A stretch of DNA of 64,000 bases from a bacterium (GTDB lineage Bacteria; Desulfobacterota; DSWW01), in the NCBI GenBank assembly GCA_015486285.1, contig WFRX01000140.1, positions 1,621-65,620 of the forward strand, read 5' to 3'. Position numbers and translations under genes: made by a program. Shown piece by piece: positions 35,799-45,814 of this stretch. Positions within the stretch are counted from its first letter, which is position 1. The number at the start of each line of letters is the position of its first letter. The notes beneath the pieces were generated by a model. It worked only from the letters and a program-made list of their open reading frames with translations. It did no database searches and was not told the DNA's origin.

Positions 35799-36572
35799 TC
35801 ACGGAGCGTTGGTGTTCCCGCTGAAATCGAATCGAAGGGCGATCTCGACGAATACGAAGGGCTCCGTTCCGGTGAAGAACGAGTTGTCCGACCCCACCGA
35901 CTCTCCGTTGACCTTGAGGTTCATGTCCTCGTAATACCCGAAAAAGTTGTAATGGAAGCCGGTGCTGAAATCCAGGGACACATCGGAAGCGATGTCGTAG
36001 CGAATTCCGCCCTCGATCCCGCCCCCCACGGACATGATGATTCCCCAGGGGTCCATGTCGACCGAGAGGGCCTCCTGTTGGAACGATTCGGATTTCTGGT
36101 CGACGTAGTCGACGTTGAGGCGTACGGAAGGCCCCACCCAGACCCGCATCCTGTCGGTTCGGACGATGCCGAACCCATAGGCATATTTGGCGGCGAAGCC
36201 GTATCCGGTCGCGTCGTACAGGTTGGAAGCCATGTCATCGAACCCGACACCGATTCCGCCCAGGTCCGGGGCGCCGCTCATGCCGTCAAAATGGGTGACC
36301 GCAATGTCCACCCCGAAGTTGAACCGCCAGCCGAAGCGGTCTTCCGGAGTCGATGCGCTGTCGTATAGATACCCGAAGGTGAAGTGGTCGTGCATGAGGT
36401 CGATATCCAGGCCCTTGAACTCGGGCGCGATGTCTTTCACGGCATCGGGCACCCCGATCGAAGGCCATCCCCGCCCCCACCCGTAGAATCCGTAGCCCTC
36501 GCCGGAGGCCCCGGCCGGGAGCAGCAGGAGCGCTGCGATCACCCCCCAAACCCAGCGTGTTCGTCTTTTCAT
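35799..36572 (-). CDS. Outer-membrane beta-barrel protein (porin-like, signal peptide)
   Basis: Signal peptide plus alternating aromatic/Gly beta-strand pattern, ending in F/Y-rich strands. Confidence 0.55.
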   Translation of the reverse strand: MKRRTRWVWGVIAALLLLPAGASGEGYGFYGWGRGWPSIGVPDAVKDIAPEFKGLDIDLMHDHFTFGYLYDSASTPEDRFGWRFNFGVDIAVTHFDGMSGAPDLGGIGVGFDDMASNLYDATGYGFAAKYAYGFGIVRTDRMRVWVGPSVRLNVDYVDQKSESFQQEALSVDMDPWGIIMSVGGGIEGGIRYDIASDVSLDFSTGFHYNFFGYYEDMNLKVNGESVGSDNSFFTGTEPFVFVEIALRFDFSGNTNAP

Positions 36573-36651
36573 CTCGGGTTTCCTCGCATGGTGACGCTCG
36601 CATTATTCATGCCCTCTGACGGCCTGTCAATCCCGCATGGCCGGGCTCCTT

Positions 36652-38082
36652 TCAGCCCTGTTCGCCGATGGTGTGCAGCTTCAACAGGTTGGCGATGCCT
36701 CCGATCCCCAGCGGGATCCCGGCCACGACAGCGACCTGTCCCCCTTTCTTCACCAGCCGTTCCCGAAGGAGCTGTTCCTCCATGGCTTGTATCATGGCCT
36801 CCGTGTGCTTCTTGAGCGGCAGGATCCTTGCGATGACCCCCCAGTACAGGCAGAGCCGCCTTTGCACCGCGGGATCGTGCGTGAAGGCGATGATGGGCAC
36901 CGAAGGCCTGTGCTTGGAGACCAGGCCGGCGGTAAAGCCGGACTGGGTGAAGGCGCAGATCGCCGTGAGCCCGAGGCTGTCCGCGGCGGTACACGCCGCG
37001 AGGCTGATCGCATCCGGCATCCCGGTGGCCGGCTTGTACCGGGAAGGGGCCGTGTGGACGCCCGACGGGAAGGCCTTCTCGGTCTCCCGGGCGATCCGGT
37101 CCATCATCCGGACGGCACCGAGCGGATACCGGCCCACGGAGGTCTCCTCCGAGAGCATGATCGCATCGGTTCCGTCGAGGATGGCGTTGGCCACGTCCGA
37201 GGTCTCGGCCCGGGTGGGCCGTGCGTGCTCGGTCATGGACTCGAGCATCTGCGTGGCCGTGATGACCCATTTGTTTCGTTCGTTCGCCATCCGGATGATC
37301 CGTTTCTGGGCCATGGGTACCTTCTCCGGCGAAAGCTCGACGCCCAGATCCCCACGGGCGACCATGACGCCGTCGGAGGCGTCCAGGATCGCCTCGAGAT
37401 CTTCAAGGGCCTGCGGCTTTTCGATCTTCGAGATGACCGGTATGTCCGTGCCCCGGGCCTTCAGCCTCTTCTTCAATGCGCGGACATCCTTCCCGCTCCG
37501 GACGAAGGAGAGGGCCATGTAGTCGACCCCCATCTCGATTCCGAATTCGAGGTCTTCCCGGTCCTTCCTGGTCAGGCTCGGCAGGGCGGTTTTCACGCCG
37601 GGAAGGTTGACCCCCTTGTGCTCGCCCAGGGTGCCTCCCGTGATGACCCGGCAGAGCAGGTCCGACCCCTTCCTGGATAGCACCTCGAGTTCCATTTCGC
37701 CGTCCGCGAGCAGGATCCGTTGGCCCCGGGTCAATTCTTCCGCGATCCGCCGGTAGCTCACCGGGATGATCCCCTGCTTTCCGAGGACCTTGCCGGGGGT
37801 TACGATCCACTCCTCCCGGGCCCCCAGAACCACGGATCCTCCCTCGAAGCGTCCCGTCCGGATCTTCGGGCCCTGCAGGTCCTGGAGGACGGCCACGGGC
37901 CTCGCGAGCCTTTCCGACAGGGAGCGGATCGCGAGGAGAACCTTCTTGTGCTCTTCGTGCGTTCCGTGTGAGAAGTTCAGTCGCGCCACGTTCATCCCGG
38001 CGAGGATGAGCCTTTTGAGCATGTCCCGGGAAGCGCTGGCCGGGCCGATGGTACAGACGATCTTGGTCTTCCGTGTTTTCAT
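36652..38082 (-). CDS. pyk: Pyruvate kinase
   Basis: MKTRKTKIVCTIGPAS...NVARLNFSHG...; full-length match. Confidence 0.95.
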   Translation of the reverse strand: MKTRKTKIVCTIGPASASRDMLKRLILAGMNVARLNFSHGTHEEHKKVLLAIRSLSERLARPVAVLQDLQGPKIRTGRFEGGSVVLGAREEWIVTPGKVLGKQGIIPVSYRRIAEELTRGQRILLADGEMELEVLSRKGSDLLCRVITGGTLGEHKGVNLPGVKTALPSLTRKDREDLEFGIEMGVDYMALSFVRSGKDVRALKKRLKARGTDIPVISKIEKPQALEDLEAILDASDGVMVARGDLGVELSPEKVPMAQKRIIRMANERNKWVITATQMLESMTEHARPTRAETSDVANAILDGTDAIMLSEETSVGRYPLGAVRMMDRIARETEKAFPSGVHTAPSRYKPATGMPDAISLAACTAADSLGLTAICAFTQSGFTAGLVSKHRPSVPIIAFTHDPAVQRRLCLYWGVIARILPLKKHTEAMIQAMEEQLLRERLVKKGGQVAVVAGIPLGIGGIANLLKLHTIGEQG

Positions 38083-38094
38083 GAGAACCTCCTA

Positions 38095-40743
38095 TCAGGG
38101 CAGGACCGTTTCCGGGAATCCGGGCGGGTAGGCCCGGTGGCTCTCCGCATGGGCCTCCACGTCCTTCCGGAGTACCCAGAGCGGGTGGTTTCGATTGGCG
38201 AGCCAGAGCGGGAGCTGGTCCGCGAAGTGCGCGTCCCCGGCGTGCCCGCTCTGTCCTCCGGCGAGGACGTTATAGGTCCTCCACTCGCCCTCTTTCATCT
38301 CCACGCAGAACCGAAAGGCCGGTCCGTCCCCCTGGTTGTATGGCAGGGTCTGTATTTCGCCGTCGGCAGTGACGATCGGGTATTCCGCCGGGTCCACACT
38401 GTGCTGCCCGCCGTCGTTCTCGAAATAGCCCTGGCTCAGGTCGTCCCAGACCGCGTGCGTGAATTTCTTCCGGTGCACCGCTCCCCACCGCCAGGATTCC
38501 ATCGGGCGGTCCGGTCCGAAGAAGGCGGCGAGCTGCCCCACGGCCCCTTCCAGGGAGGCGACCATCTGGTCGTCCGCCGTCTCCACCCGGTTCGGGGTCT
38601 TGACGTCATCGAAGTAGTCCTTCCCGTTGTGCGGCCCTCGCCCGGCCAGCCAGGCGCTCAGGTCGCGCCCCACGAGCTGCGAGAGGAAAGGGGCGGTGAG
38701 CCCGAGAAACAGGGAAGGGATGTCGTCGTGAATCGTATTGTATGCCAGGTGTGTGTACCAGACGCTGAACAGGGTCGAGGCCGGGCTGTCCAGGTCGAAA
38801 CGCTTGTTCCAGGACTCGAGGATTTCGAGGGCTCGGCAGGAGGGGGAATCCGGTTGTCCGCAGATTCGGTCCCGGTTTTCAAAAAGGCGGGGAAGCAGGT
38901 CATCTGCCAGCACCGCGTAATCGTCCGTCTGCAGTTCGATCAGGTCCTCCAGCCGGATCGGCCCGTCCGCCTTCATCGCCTCGATCCGCTGCGTGATTCG
39001 CCAGGCCCTGGTGCCCAGGTCGAAAAAATGCCCGTAATAGGCATCGTCGTTCAGCGGATCGTTGTCCAGGGTCTGGTCGCTGATCGTGTTGTTCGCGGTG
39101 ACCACATAGCCCTTGGGCGGATTCAGGGTTTGGGGCTGGGCCGACAAGGGAAGGAATCCCTGCCATTCATGGGCGCCGTTGCCGGGCAGGGGGAGATAGG
39201 GCGGGAAGGCCTTGACGCTGTCGGCCCGGATCGGGTAGGGCCCCGCGGTCATGTGGCCGATGTTCCCGGAGGAGTCGGCAAACACCCAGTTCATCACCCC
39301 GCTGTTGAAGTACCGCAGCGCCTCCATGGCCTCCTGGACGGTTCCGGCCTCGAAAACGCCCCTCAGGGCCAAAAGGTCCGTGGTCTGCTCTGAGAAACCG
39401 GGCCAGCGGGCCGAGTAGACCAGCCCGAAGAACTCCATGAGAGACGCGATATCCTCGGGCAGAAGGTCGATCAGGATCGGCCCGTGATGGGGCACCCACC
39501 GTACCGTCCGGGTGACCTCGGACGTGTCATCCAGGCCCCCGCCCTCGGCGCGGACGAGGATCTTCTCCGGGTAGATGTCGAGGGGAACCCACTTGTCCCT
39601 GAACAGCACGCTCTTCCTGTCCCGCGACAGCTTTTCCCGGTACAGGTCGGTCACGTCGCCGAATCCGTTCGTCAGGCCCCAGGCCACCCTGGCGGTGTGG
39701 CCGATCAGGACCAGCGGCGCCCCGGGGACGGTGTTTCCGATCGCCCCGACTTCATCCCGGCTGAGGTCCACGATGTGGGTGGACACCATGGTGGAGGGAT
39801 AGTCCAGGTTCATGTGCGGGTCGTTGCACAGGATGCACGCGCCGCTGTCGGTCAGGTCGTCGTCGACCACCCAATTGTTGCTTCCCTGGGTCATGCCCCA
39901 GTCGGGTCCGCCGAAGGCGCGCCCGAGACGGTCCGCCATCATCCTGAGGCCCTCGGCAATCCTCCGGCGCGTTGTCTCGTCCGGGGGCGCGCCGGCCAGC
40001 AGGTCCCGGGCCTCTTGCAGCCGGGCGCTCCGGGCCGTTGCGCCGCCGAAATCCAGTGTGGGAGAAGGCTCGAGGATGTACGTCGGCCGCATGGGCTGAA
40101 ACCGCATCAGCTCGTCAAAGTCGTCGGCCATCAGGATCCGGCCCAGGAAGATGAACATCTCCAGCTCGCCCTGGAAGCTCTGCAGGAAGATTTGCGCCTT
40201 GGCCACGGCGACCACGTCCCGCGCCTCCCACGGGGCGGGCCAGTAGCCCGGGTCGATCCGGTCGAACTCGAGGGGGCGAACCGCGCCGTTCCGGCCCGCC
40301 TTCATGTCCTCTATGTAGGCGTTCACCCCGTTGCAGAAGGACTGGATCAGGACCATGCTTTCCGGGAATCGCCTTTCCAGCCAGGCCAGGTTGGCCTCGG
40401 CGAGCCGCCGGAAGCCGAAGATCCGCTTCGTCATGTCGTCTTCCAGGAACGCCTTGCCGTACACCTCCGCCTGGGTTCCATAGATGAAGCGCCGCAGGTG
40501 ATCCATGTGGAAGATGCGGTCCCGGGCCATTTCGTAGCCCTGCATGAAGACCATGTCTCCCCGGTTCCGGGCATAGATATGGGGGATGCCCCACTCGTCG
40601 CGGTATACATCCACCGATTGACCGAGGGCCTCCACCGGCCGGTCGGAGATCCCGGTGTCCTTCGTTTTGTCATCGTCGGAACACCCGAGCACAAAGATAC
40701 AGGCCAGGAGAGTCAAGGCAGTGAACAGACTTCTTCCTTTCAT
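38095..40743 (-). CDS. Penicillin-amidase (S45, Ntn-hydrolase) family acylase lipoprotein (PvdQ/AHL-acylase-like)
   Basis: Lipoprotein signal MKGRSLFTALTLLACIFVLGC|SDD; an S45-family sequence with the nucleophile region GSNNWVV. Confidence 0.8.
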   Translation of the reverse strand: MKGRSLFTALTLLACIFVLGCSDDDKTKDTGISDRPVEALGQSVDVYRDEWGIPHIYARNRGDMVFMQGYEMARDRIFHMDHLRRFIYGTQAEVYGKAFLEDDMTKRIFGFRRLAEANLAWLERRFPESMVLIQSFCNGVNAYIEDMKAGRNGAVRPLEFDRIDPGYWPAPWEARDVVAVAKAQIFLQSFQGELEMFIFLGRILMADDFDELMRFQPMRPTYILEPSPTLDFGGATARSARLQEARDLLAGAPPDETTRRRIAEGLRMMADRLGRAFGGPDWGMTQGSNNWVVDDDLTDSGACILCNDPHMNLDYPSTMVSTHIVDLSRDEVGAIGNTVPGAPLVLIGHTARVAWGLTNGFGDVTDLYREKLSRDRKSVLFRDKWVPLDIYPEKILVRAEGGGLDDTSEVTRTVRWVPHHGPILIDLLPEDIASLMEFFGLVYSARWPGFSEQTTDLLALRGVFEAGTVQEAMEALRYFNSGVMNWVFADSSGNIGHMTAGPYPIRADSVKAFPPYLPLPGNGAHEWQGFLPLSAQPQTLNPPKGYVVTANNTISDQTLDNDPLNDDAYYGHFFDLGTRAWRITQRIEAMKADGPIRLEDLIELQTDDYAVLADDLLPRLFENRDRICGQPDSPSCRALEILESWNKRFDLDSPASTLFSVWYTHLAYNTIHDDIPSLFLGLTAPFLSQLVGRDLSAWLAGRGPHNGKDYFDDVKTPNRVETADDQMVASLEGAVGQLAAFFGPDRPMESWRWGAVHRKKFTHAVWDDLSQGYFENDGGQHSVDPAEYPIVTADGEIQTLPYNQGDGPAFRFCVEMKEGEWRTYNVLAGGQSGHAGDAHFADQLPLWLANRNHPLWVLRKDVEAHAESHRAYPPGFPETVLP

Positions 40744-41600
40744 CCCGGCACCCCCTGCACGTAATGTTCGGTCAATGCCTCTTTCAGGTATTCGAAGGCG
40801 GCATCCACATCGTCGAAGAACCGGAAGATGCCCAGATCGTCCTCGCTGATGGTGCCTGCCTCGACGAGGGCCTCGAAGTTGATGACCCGGCGCCAGTATT
40901 CGGTCCCATAGATGATGATGGGCATGAACTTCTTCGTTTTTTTCGTCTGCACGAGGGTGAGCAGCTCGAACAGCTCGTCCAGGGTTCCGAAGCCGCCGGG
41001 GAAGGCGACCAGGGCCTTGGCCAGGTAGAAGAGCCAGAACTTCCGGATAAAGAAATAGTGAAACTCGAACGACAGGTCCCGGCTCTGGTAGTGGTTCGGC
41101 ACTTGTTCCATCGGGAGGCTGATGTTCAGCCCGATCGAGGTGCCCCCGGCCTTCCTGGCCCCCCGGTTCGCGGCCTCCATGATGCCGCCGCCTCCTCCCG
41201 AGCAGATCAGGAAGCGCTTCTTCTTGTCTCGAAGACCCAGCGACCAGCGGGTGAGCTTTTCCGCCAGCTTCACGGCGTCCTCGTAATAGTGCGACATCTT
41301 GAGATCCCTTCTCGCCCGTTCGCATTGCCGGAGGAGGGTTCGGGGAGGCCTTTCCTTCTGTGCGGCCCGCTTCTCCAGTTCTCGCAGGTTCTTTCGCGCC
41401 TCCGCGCGCGGCAGGGTGCGGGCGGATCCGAAAAACACGATCGTGTTGCGGACGTGATTCTTTTCGAAACGGGAGGCCGGTTCCAGGAACTCGGACAGTA
41501 CGCGCACGATCCGTCCCTCGGGCGAGGTCAGGAAGTCGAGATTCTTGTAGGCCTTCTGCGGCCAACCCACAGATCTTTGTGACGAGCGCTTCTTTGCCAT
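40740..41600 (-). CDS. LOG-family (TIGR00730, Rossmann-fold nucleotide-binding, cytokinin-riboside-5'-monophosphate phosphoribohydrolase-like) protein
   Basis: PGGFGTLDELFE and GGGGIMEAANRGA motifs. Stop overlaps the acylase start (ATGA). Confidence 0.7.
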   Translation of the reverse strand: MAKKRSSQRSVGWPQKAYKNLDFLTSPEGRIVRVLSEFLEPASRFEKNHVRNTIVFFGSARTLPRAEARKNLRELEKRAAQKERPPRTLLRQCERARRDLKMSHYYEDAVKLAEKLTRWSLGLRDKKKRFLICSGGGGGIMEAANRGARKAGGTSIGLNISLPMEQVPNHYQSRDLSFEFHYFFIRKFWLFYLAKALVAFPGGFGTLDELFELLTLVQTKKTKKFMPIIIYGTEYWRRVINFEALVEAGTISEDDLGIFRFFDDVDAAFEYLKEALTEHYVQGVPG

Positions 41601-41816
41601 TTGTTTTCCTTACGGGCTCGCCCGCCGGGCGGAGAGGTTCTGTCGAGAAAAGGCTCGGGCCGTGATGGGCAGTGACGGGTGCGGCTTCAAATCGGTGACG
41701 CCCGGCTTGGAATGATTGTGAGAAAACGGTATGAATGGAAGTGTACTATATGAGTTTTACGGGCGACGCGCAACCCGGTACGCTCCTGAACCGCACATTC
41801 CTCTCCCTGGATCCGC

Positions 41817-42929
41817 ATGAAGAATACCCGCCCCCGGGAAACGACCGAGCGCCGCATCCTTCATGGTCTTGCCCTTGAATGGGAGACAGCGCTGTGGGTC
41901 CTGGACGATGCGCGCAGCCGGCGGATGCGTGCCCCCCTGTTCAGCCTCCGGGACTACCGCAGGACCTGGGGCGCCTGGTCCCGGGAGAGGCGCGAAATCT
42001 CCTTGAGCCGGGACCTCGTCCTTCATCACTCCTGGGATGCGGTGCGCGAGGTGCTTCACCACGAGATGGCCCATCAGCTTGCCGAAGAGGTCCTGGGCGC
42101 CGGACGGGAGGTCCCCCACGGCCCTGTCTTCCGTGAGGCCTGCCGCCTGTTGCGGGCCAATCCGAAGGCGTCGGGAAGCTATGCGCCCCTGGATGAGCGG
42201 AAGGACCGGGACCCTTGCGCCGCGGAAGACAGGACGGCCCGCCGGGTCCGAAAGCTTCTGGCCCTGGCGCAGAGCCCGAATCGCCACGAGGCCGAGATCT
42301 CGATGGCCAAGGCCCATGAGCTGATCGAGCGACACAACCTCCAGGTACTCGACCAGGATCGAAGCAGGGATTTTGCGAGCGTCTTCCTGGGGCGGCCGGC
42401 CCTGCGCCACCCGCGTGAGGAATACGCCCTCGCCGACCTGCTGCAGGAGTTCTATTTCGTGCAGGGGATCTGGGTCCCCGCCTGTGTGCTGGACAAGGGC
42501 AAGATGGGGAGGGTGCTCGAGATCAGCGGCACATGGCAGAACGTCAGGCTTGCCTCCTATGTCTATGATTTCGTATGCCGGTTCATCGAGGCGAGGTGGG
42601 GGGCATACAACGAGGGGAAGGGGAGGAGGCGACGCCGGAAGAGCGACTACGCAGTGGGCGTCATCGAGGGCTTCCGATCGAAGCTCGTCTCAGGAAGCGC
42701 ACGAAAGAAGCCGGGCAGCAGGGCGAAGGAGGTCATCCGGCTGCGGGACCCTCTTCTGGAGAAATACGTGGCCCGCCGGTACCCGCGTACCGTGAACGTA
42801 AAACGAAATATATCCGGGGGGGACGAAAAGGTGGTGTCCGACGGAAGGGAGGCGGGCAGAAGGCTCGTGATTCACAAGGGCATCAGCGAGCGAAGAGGCA
42901 GCCGGACCCGGCTGCTCCCGGACCGTTGA
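41817..42929 (+). CDS. SprT-like zinc-metallopeptidase domain protein with DUF2786-like region
   Basis: HEMAHQ zincin motif; RKLLALAQSPNRHEAEISMAKAHELIERHNL resembles DUF2786. Confidence 0.5.
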   Translation: MKNTRPRETTERRILHGLALEWETALWVLDDARSRRMRAPLFSLRDYRRTWGAWSRERREISLSRDLVLHHSWDAVREVLHHEMAHQLAEEVLGAGREVPHGPVFREACRLLRANPKASGSYAPLDERKDRDPCAAEDRTARRVRKLLALAQSPNRHEAEISMAKAHELIERHNLQVLDQDRSRDFASVFLGRPALRHPREEYALADLLQEFYFVQGIWVPACVLDKGKMGRVLEISGTWQNVRLASYVYDFVCRFIEARWGAYNEGKGRRRRRKSDYAVGVIEGFRSKLVSGSARKKPGSRAKEVIRLRDPLLEKYVARRYPRTVNVKRNISGGDEKVVSDGREAGRRLVIHKGISERRGSRTRLLPDR

Positions 42930-43001
42930 CATCCTTCCTGGCCCACCGTATGTTTTGTAATGACCGGTTGGTCCTAAAATAGACGGGGAAGGGAACAGGC
43001 T

Positions 43002-45242
43002 GTGAGCGACTGGAAAAAGACGAGCTGTGTGCTGTGTGCGCAGAACTGCGGGCTGGAGGTCAGGGTCGAGGCGGGCCGCATCGTCAAGGTGCGGCCGGAC
43101 AGGGAGAACCCGAGGAGCCGGGGCTATGCGTGCCGCAAGGGGATGAACGTAGCCTACTACCAGCACCACGCGCAGCGGCTCACCCATCCCCTCAAGCGCG
43201 TGGGGGATGCCTTCCGGGCGGTTTCCTGGGACCAGGCCCTCGATGAGATCGCCTCCCGGCTGATCCGGATCGTGGACGAACATGGGCCGCGCGCCTTCGC
43301 CTACATGGGCGGCGGCGGGCAGGGGTGCCATTTCGAGGCCGCCTTCGGGGCGGCCCTGCTGCGGGGGATGGGCTCCCGGTACCACTACAATCCGATCGCC
43401 CAGGAGTTGACCGGCCTGTTCTGGGTGAACGGCCGGGGCCTCGGAAAGCAGTACCTCAGCACCATCCCGGACGATCGTGAGACCGACATGCTCCTGGCCA
43501 TCGGGTGGAACGGATGGATGAGTCACCAGATGCCCCAGGCCCGGAGACACCTGAAGCGGATATCGGACGATCCGGGCAAGCTCCTCGTGGTCGTCGACCC
43601 CCGGAAGAGCGAGACCGCCCGGCGGGCCGACATCCACTTGCCCATACGGGTCGGTACCGACGCCCTCTTCACCCGCGCCGTGATCGCCATCGTCCTGCAG
43701 GAAGGGTGGGAGAATCGGGAGTACCTCGCGAACCATGTGAGCGGGTTCGAGGCCATCCGCTCCTGGTTCGCCGATTTCGACGCGAAGGCCGCCCTCGAGG
43801 TGTGCGAACTCGACTATGAAACGGTCCGCGAGGTGGCCCGTCTCTTCGCGACGAGGAAGTCCTCGATGCACGCCGACCTCGGCATCCTCATGAACCGGCA
43901 CAGCACGGTCACCTCCTACCTGGAGCTGATCCTGATGGCCGTCTGCGGCCGGATCGGGGTGCCGGGCGGCAACGTCATCCCCGGTACGATCATGGCCATG
44001 GGATCGCACTCGGACGAGCGGGATCCGAAGACCTGGCGCACCGCCACCACGGACATTCCCGCCATCATGGGCTACTTCCCGCCGAACGTCATGCCCGAGG
44101 AGATCCTGGCGGACGCCCCGGACCGGCTGCGGGCGGTCCTGGTGAGCGGGGCGAATCCGCTTCGCTCTTACGCGGATACCACGGCATACGAGAAGGCCTT
44201 CGCCGGGCTCGACCTGCTGGTGACCTTCGAGGTCGCCATGTCCGAAACGGCCGCCCTGTCTCACTACGTCCTGCCGGTGCGGAGCGGGTTCGAGAAATGG
44301 GACGGCACCTTCTTCCCGTGGACCTATCCGGAGGTCTATTTCCAGATGCGCCGCCCCGTGGTCGACCCGGTGGGAGAGCCCCTGGAAGAGGGCGAGGTTT
44401 ATACCGGCCTGGCCGAGAGGCTCGGCCTGCTGCCCAGGATCCCGGCCTCCCTCACGGCGGCCGCCGGGGGCGAGCGATCCGAATTTCTCGCCGCCCTGAT
44501 GGCCCTTCTGCAGGAACATCCGGAGGCGGCGACGGTGACCCCCTTCATCCTGGCGAAGACCCTCGGGCCCCGGCTGGGCTCGACCCATCTGGCGGCCCTC
44601 TGGGGGCTGCTGCAGACCGCCCCGCCCGTCTTTCGCGAGAACGCGGCCCGTGCCGGGTTTCAGCCGGGGCCGAACATGGTGGAGGAGATCTTTCAGGCGG
44701 TTCTGGATCATCCGGAGGGGCTCTGGGTCGGCAAGGTCGATCCGGCGGACAACCTGAAGTCCCTGAAGACCGGGGACGGCAGGGTGCAGGTGCACATCCC
44801 GGAGCTGGCCGATTGGGTGCGGAGCATCCGGCCGGAGACCGAGATCGAGGCGTTGCGCCGGGATGAGCAGTACCCGCTGATCCTGATGGCGGGCAGGCAC
44901 ATGGACATGAACGCCAACACGTTGATGAGGGACCCGGCCTGGAACGAGGGCCGCCGGGCCTGCACCCTGGCCATGCATCCGGAGGATGCCTCGGCCCTGG
45001 ACCTCGAAGACGGACAGATGGCCCGGGTGACGACCGAAGCCGGCAGCGGGATCGTGGAAGTCGAGGTGACGGAGACGGCCAAGGCGGGCCATGTGGTCAT
45101 CCCCCATGGCTTCGGCCTCGACTACGGAGGCGAAACCTACGGGATCAACGTGAACCGCCTGGCCAAGGGCACCCACCGGGACCGCCTGGCCGCCACGCCC
45201 CTCCACCGGTATGTGCCCTGCCGGGTGGAGCCTGCGAGCTGA
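43002..45242 (+). CDS. Molybdopterin (bis-MGD) oxidoreductase, DMSO-reductase superfamily catalytic subunit (Cys-type, no in-frame stop)
   Basis: N-terminal 4Fe-4S motif CVLCAQNCGLEV...C, MopB domains and a C-terminal MopB_CT-like barrel. Confidence 0.8.
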   Translation: MSDWKKTSCVLCAQNCGLEVRVEAGRIVKVRPDRENPRSRGYACRKGMNVAYYQHHAQRLTHPLKRVGDAFRAVSWDQALDEIASRLIRIVDEHGPRAFAYMGGGGQGCHFEAAFGAALLRGMGSRYHYNPIAQELTGLFWVNGRGLGKQYLSTIPDDRETDMLLAIGWNGWMSHQMPQARRHLKRISDDPGKLLVVVDPRKSETARRADIHLPIRVGTDALFTRAVIAIVLQEGWENREYLANHVSGFEAIRSWFADFDAKAALEVCELDYETVREVARLFATRKSSMHADLGILMNRHSTVTSYLELILMAVCGRIGVPGGNVIPGTIMAMGSHSDERDPKTWRTATTDIPAIMGYFPPNVMPEEILADAPDRLRAVLVSGANPLRSYADTTAYEKAFAGLDLLVTFEVAMSETAALSHYVLPVRSGFEKWDGTFFPWTYPEVYFQMRRPVVDPVGEPLEEGEVYTGLAERLGLLPRIPASLTAAAGGERSEFLAALMALLQEHPEAATVTPFILAKTLGPRLGSTHLAALWGLLQTAPPVFRENAARAGFQPGPNMVEEIFQAVLDHPEGLWVGKVDPADNLKSLKTGDGRVQVHIPELADWVRSIRPETEIEALRRDEQYPLILMAGRHMDMNANTLMRDPAWNEGRRACTLAMHPEDASALDLEDGQMARVTTEAGSGIVEVEVTETAKAGHVVIPHGFGLDYGGETYGINVNRLAKGTHRDRLAATPLHRYVPCRVEPAS

Positions 45243-45292
45243 ACCGACCGTCCGGCGGAATGGCCTGTTTTTGACGGGAAGAGGGGGACAGG

Positions 45293-45814
45293 ATGAGCGA
45301 ATGGGATTTTCAAGAAGAATTCAGGGAATTGAAGAAGATGATTCCTCCGGAATCGATCTTGTCGGTCATACGGTCCCTGTATTTTCAAACCGCGTGGGAG
45401 CTTCCCGGGGAATTGATCCGGGCAGGCGTGGACCCGGATCTCGTCTGGGGCCTGCAATTGAAAATCGCCGGGAGGACGGGCATCCAGGGCGGCAAAGCGG
45501 TCAAGGCCTTTGCGTTGCCGGGGAAAAACGAGCTGGAACGGCTTGTTAAAGGCATGATGTTTGCGGCCTTCAACATGGGCCAGGCATCTTCCGTGCGGTT
45601 CCTGGACGAACACGAATGCGAGCTGACGTTCAAGGATAACTGTGGACACGGCTTGAGGATGAAGAAGTATGGCCTGCCCTTTGTCTGCAGCCAGTGGTGT
45701 GAGGTCCATTTCACGGCGGAATTGAACGAACTGGATCCGAGGGCGCGACTGACCTTTGTAGAGGGGCTGCCGCAGGGAAAAGATTGCTGCAGGTTCCGGA
45801 TTGGTTTGAAATAA
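45293..45814 (+). CDS. Hypothetical Cys-containing protein (possibly ATC-hydrolase-like, PF14196-like)
   Basis: Protein-like composition, lower GC. Its 3' end overlaps the convergent gene by about 100 bp, so the extent is uncertain. Confidence 0.35.
   Translation: MSEWDFQEEFRELKKMIPPESILSVIRSLYFQTAWELPGELIRAGVDPDLVWGLQLKIAGRTGIQGGKAVKAFALPGKNELERLVKGMMFAAFNMGQASSVRFLDEHECELTFKDNCGHGLRMKKYGLPFVCSQWCEVHFTAELNELDPRARLTFVEGLPQGKDCCRFRIGLK

Noticed and set aside
43002-45242. Selenocysteine formate-dehydrogenase-type molybdoenzyme
   Set aside because: The reading frame is uninterrupted (746 aa) with no in-frame TGA, so it is a Cys- or non-Sec-type MopB oxidoreductase.
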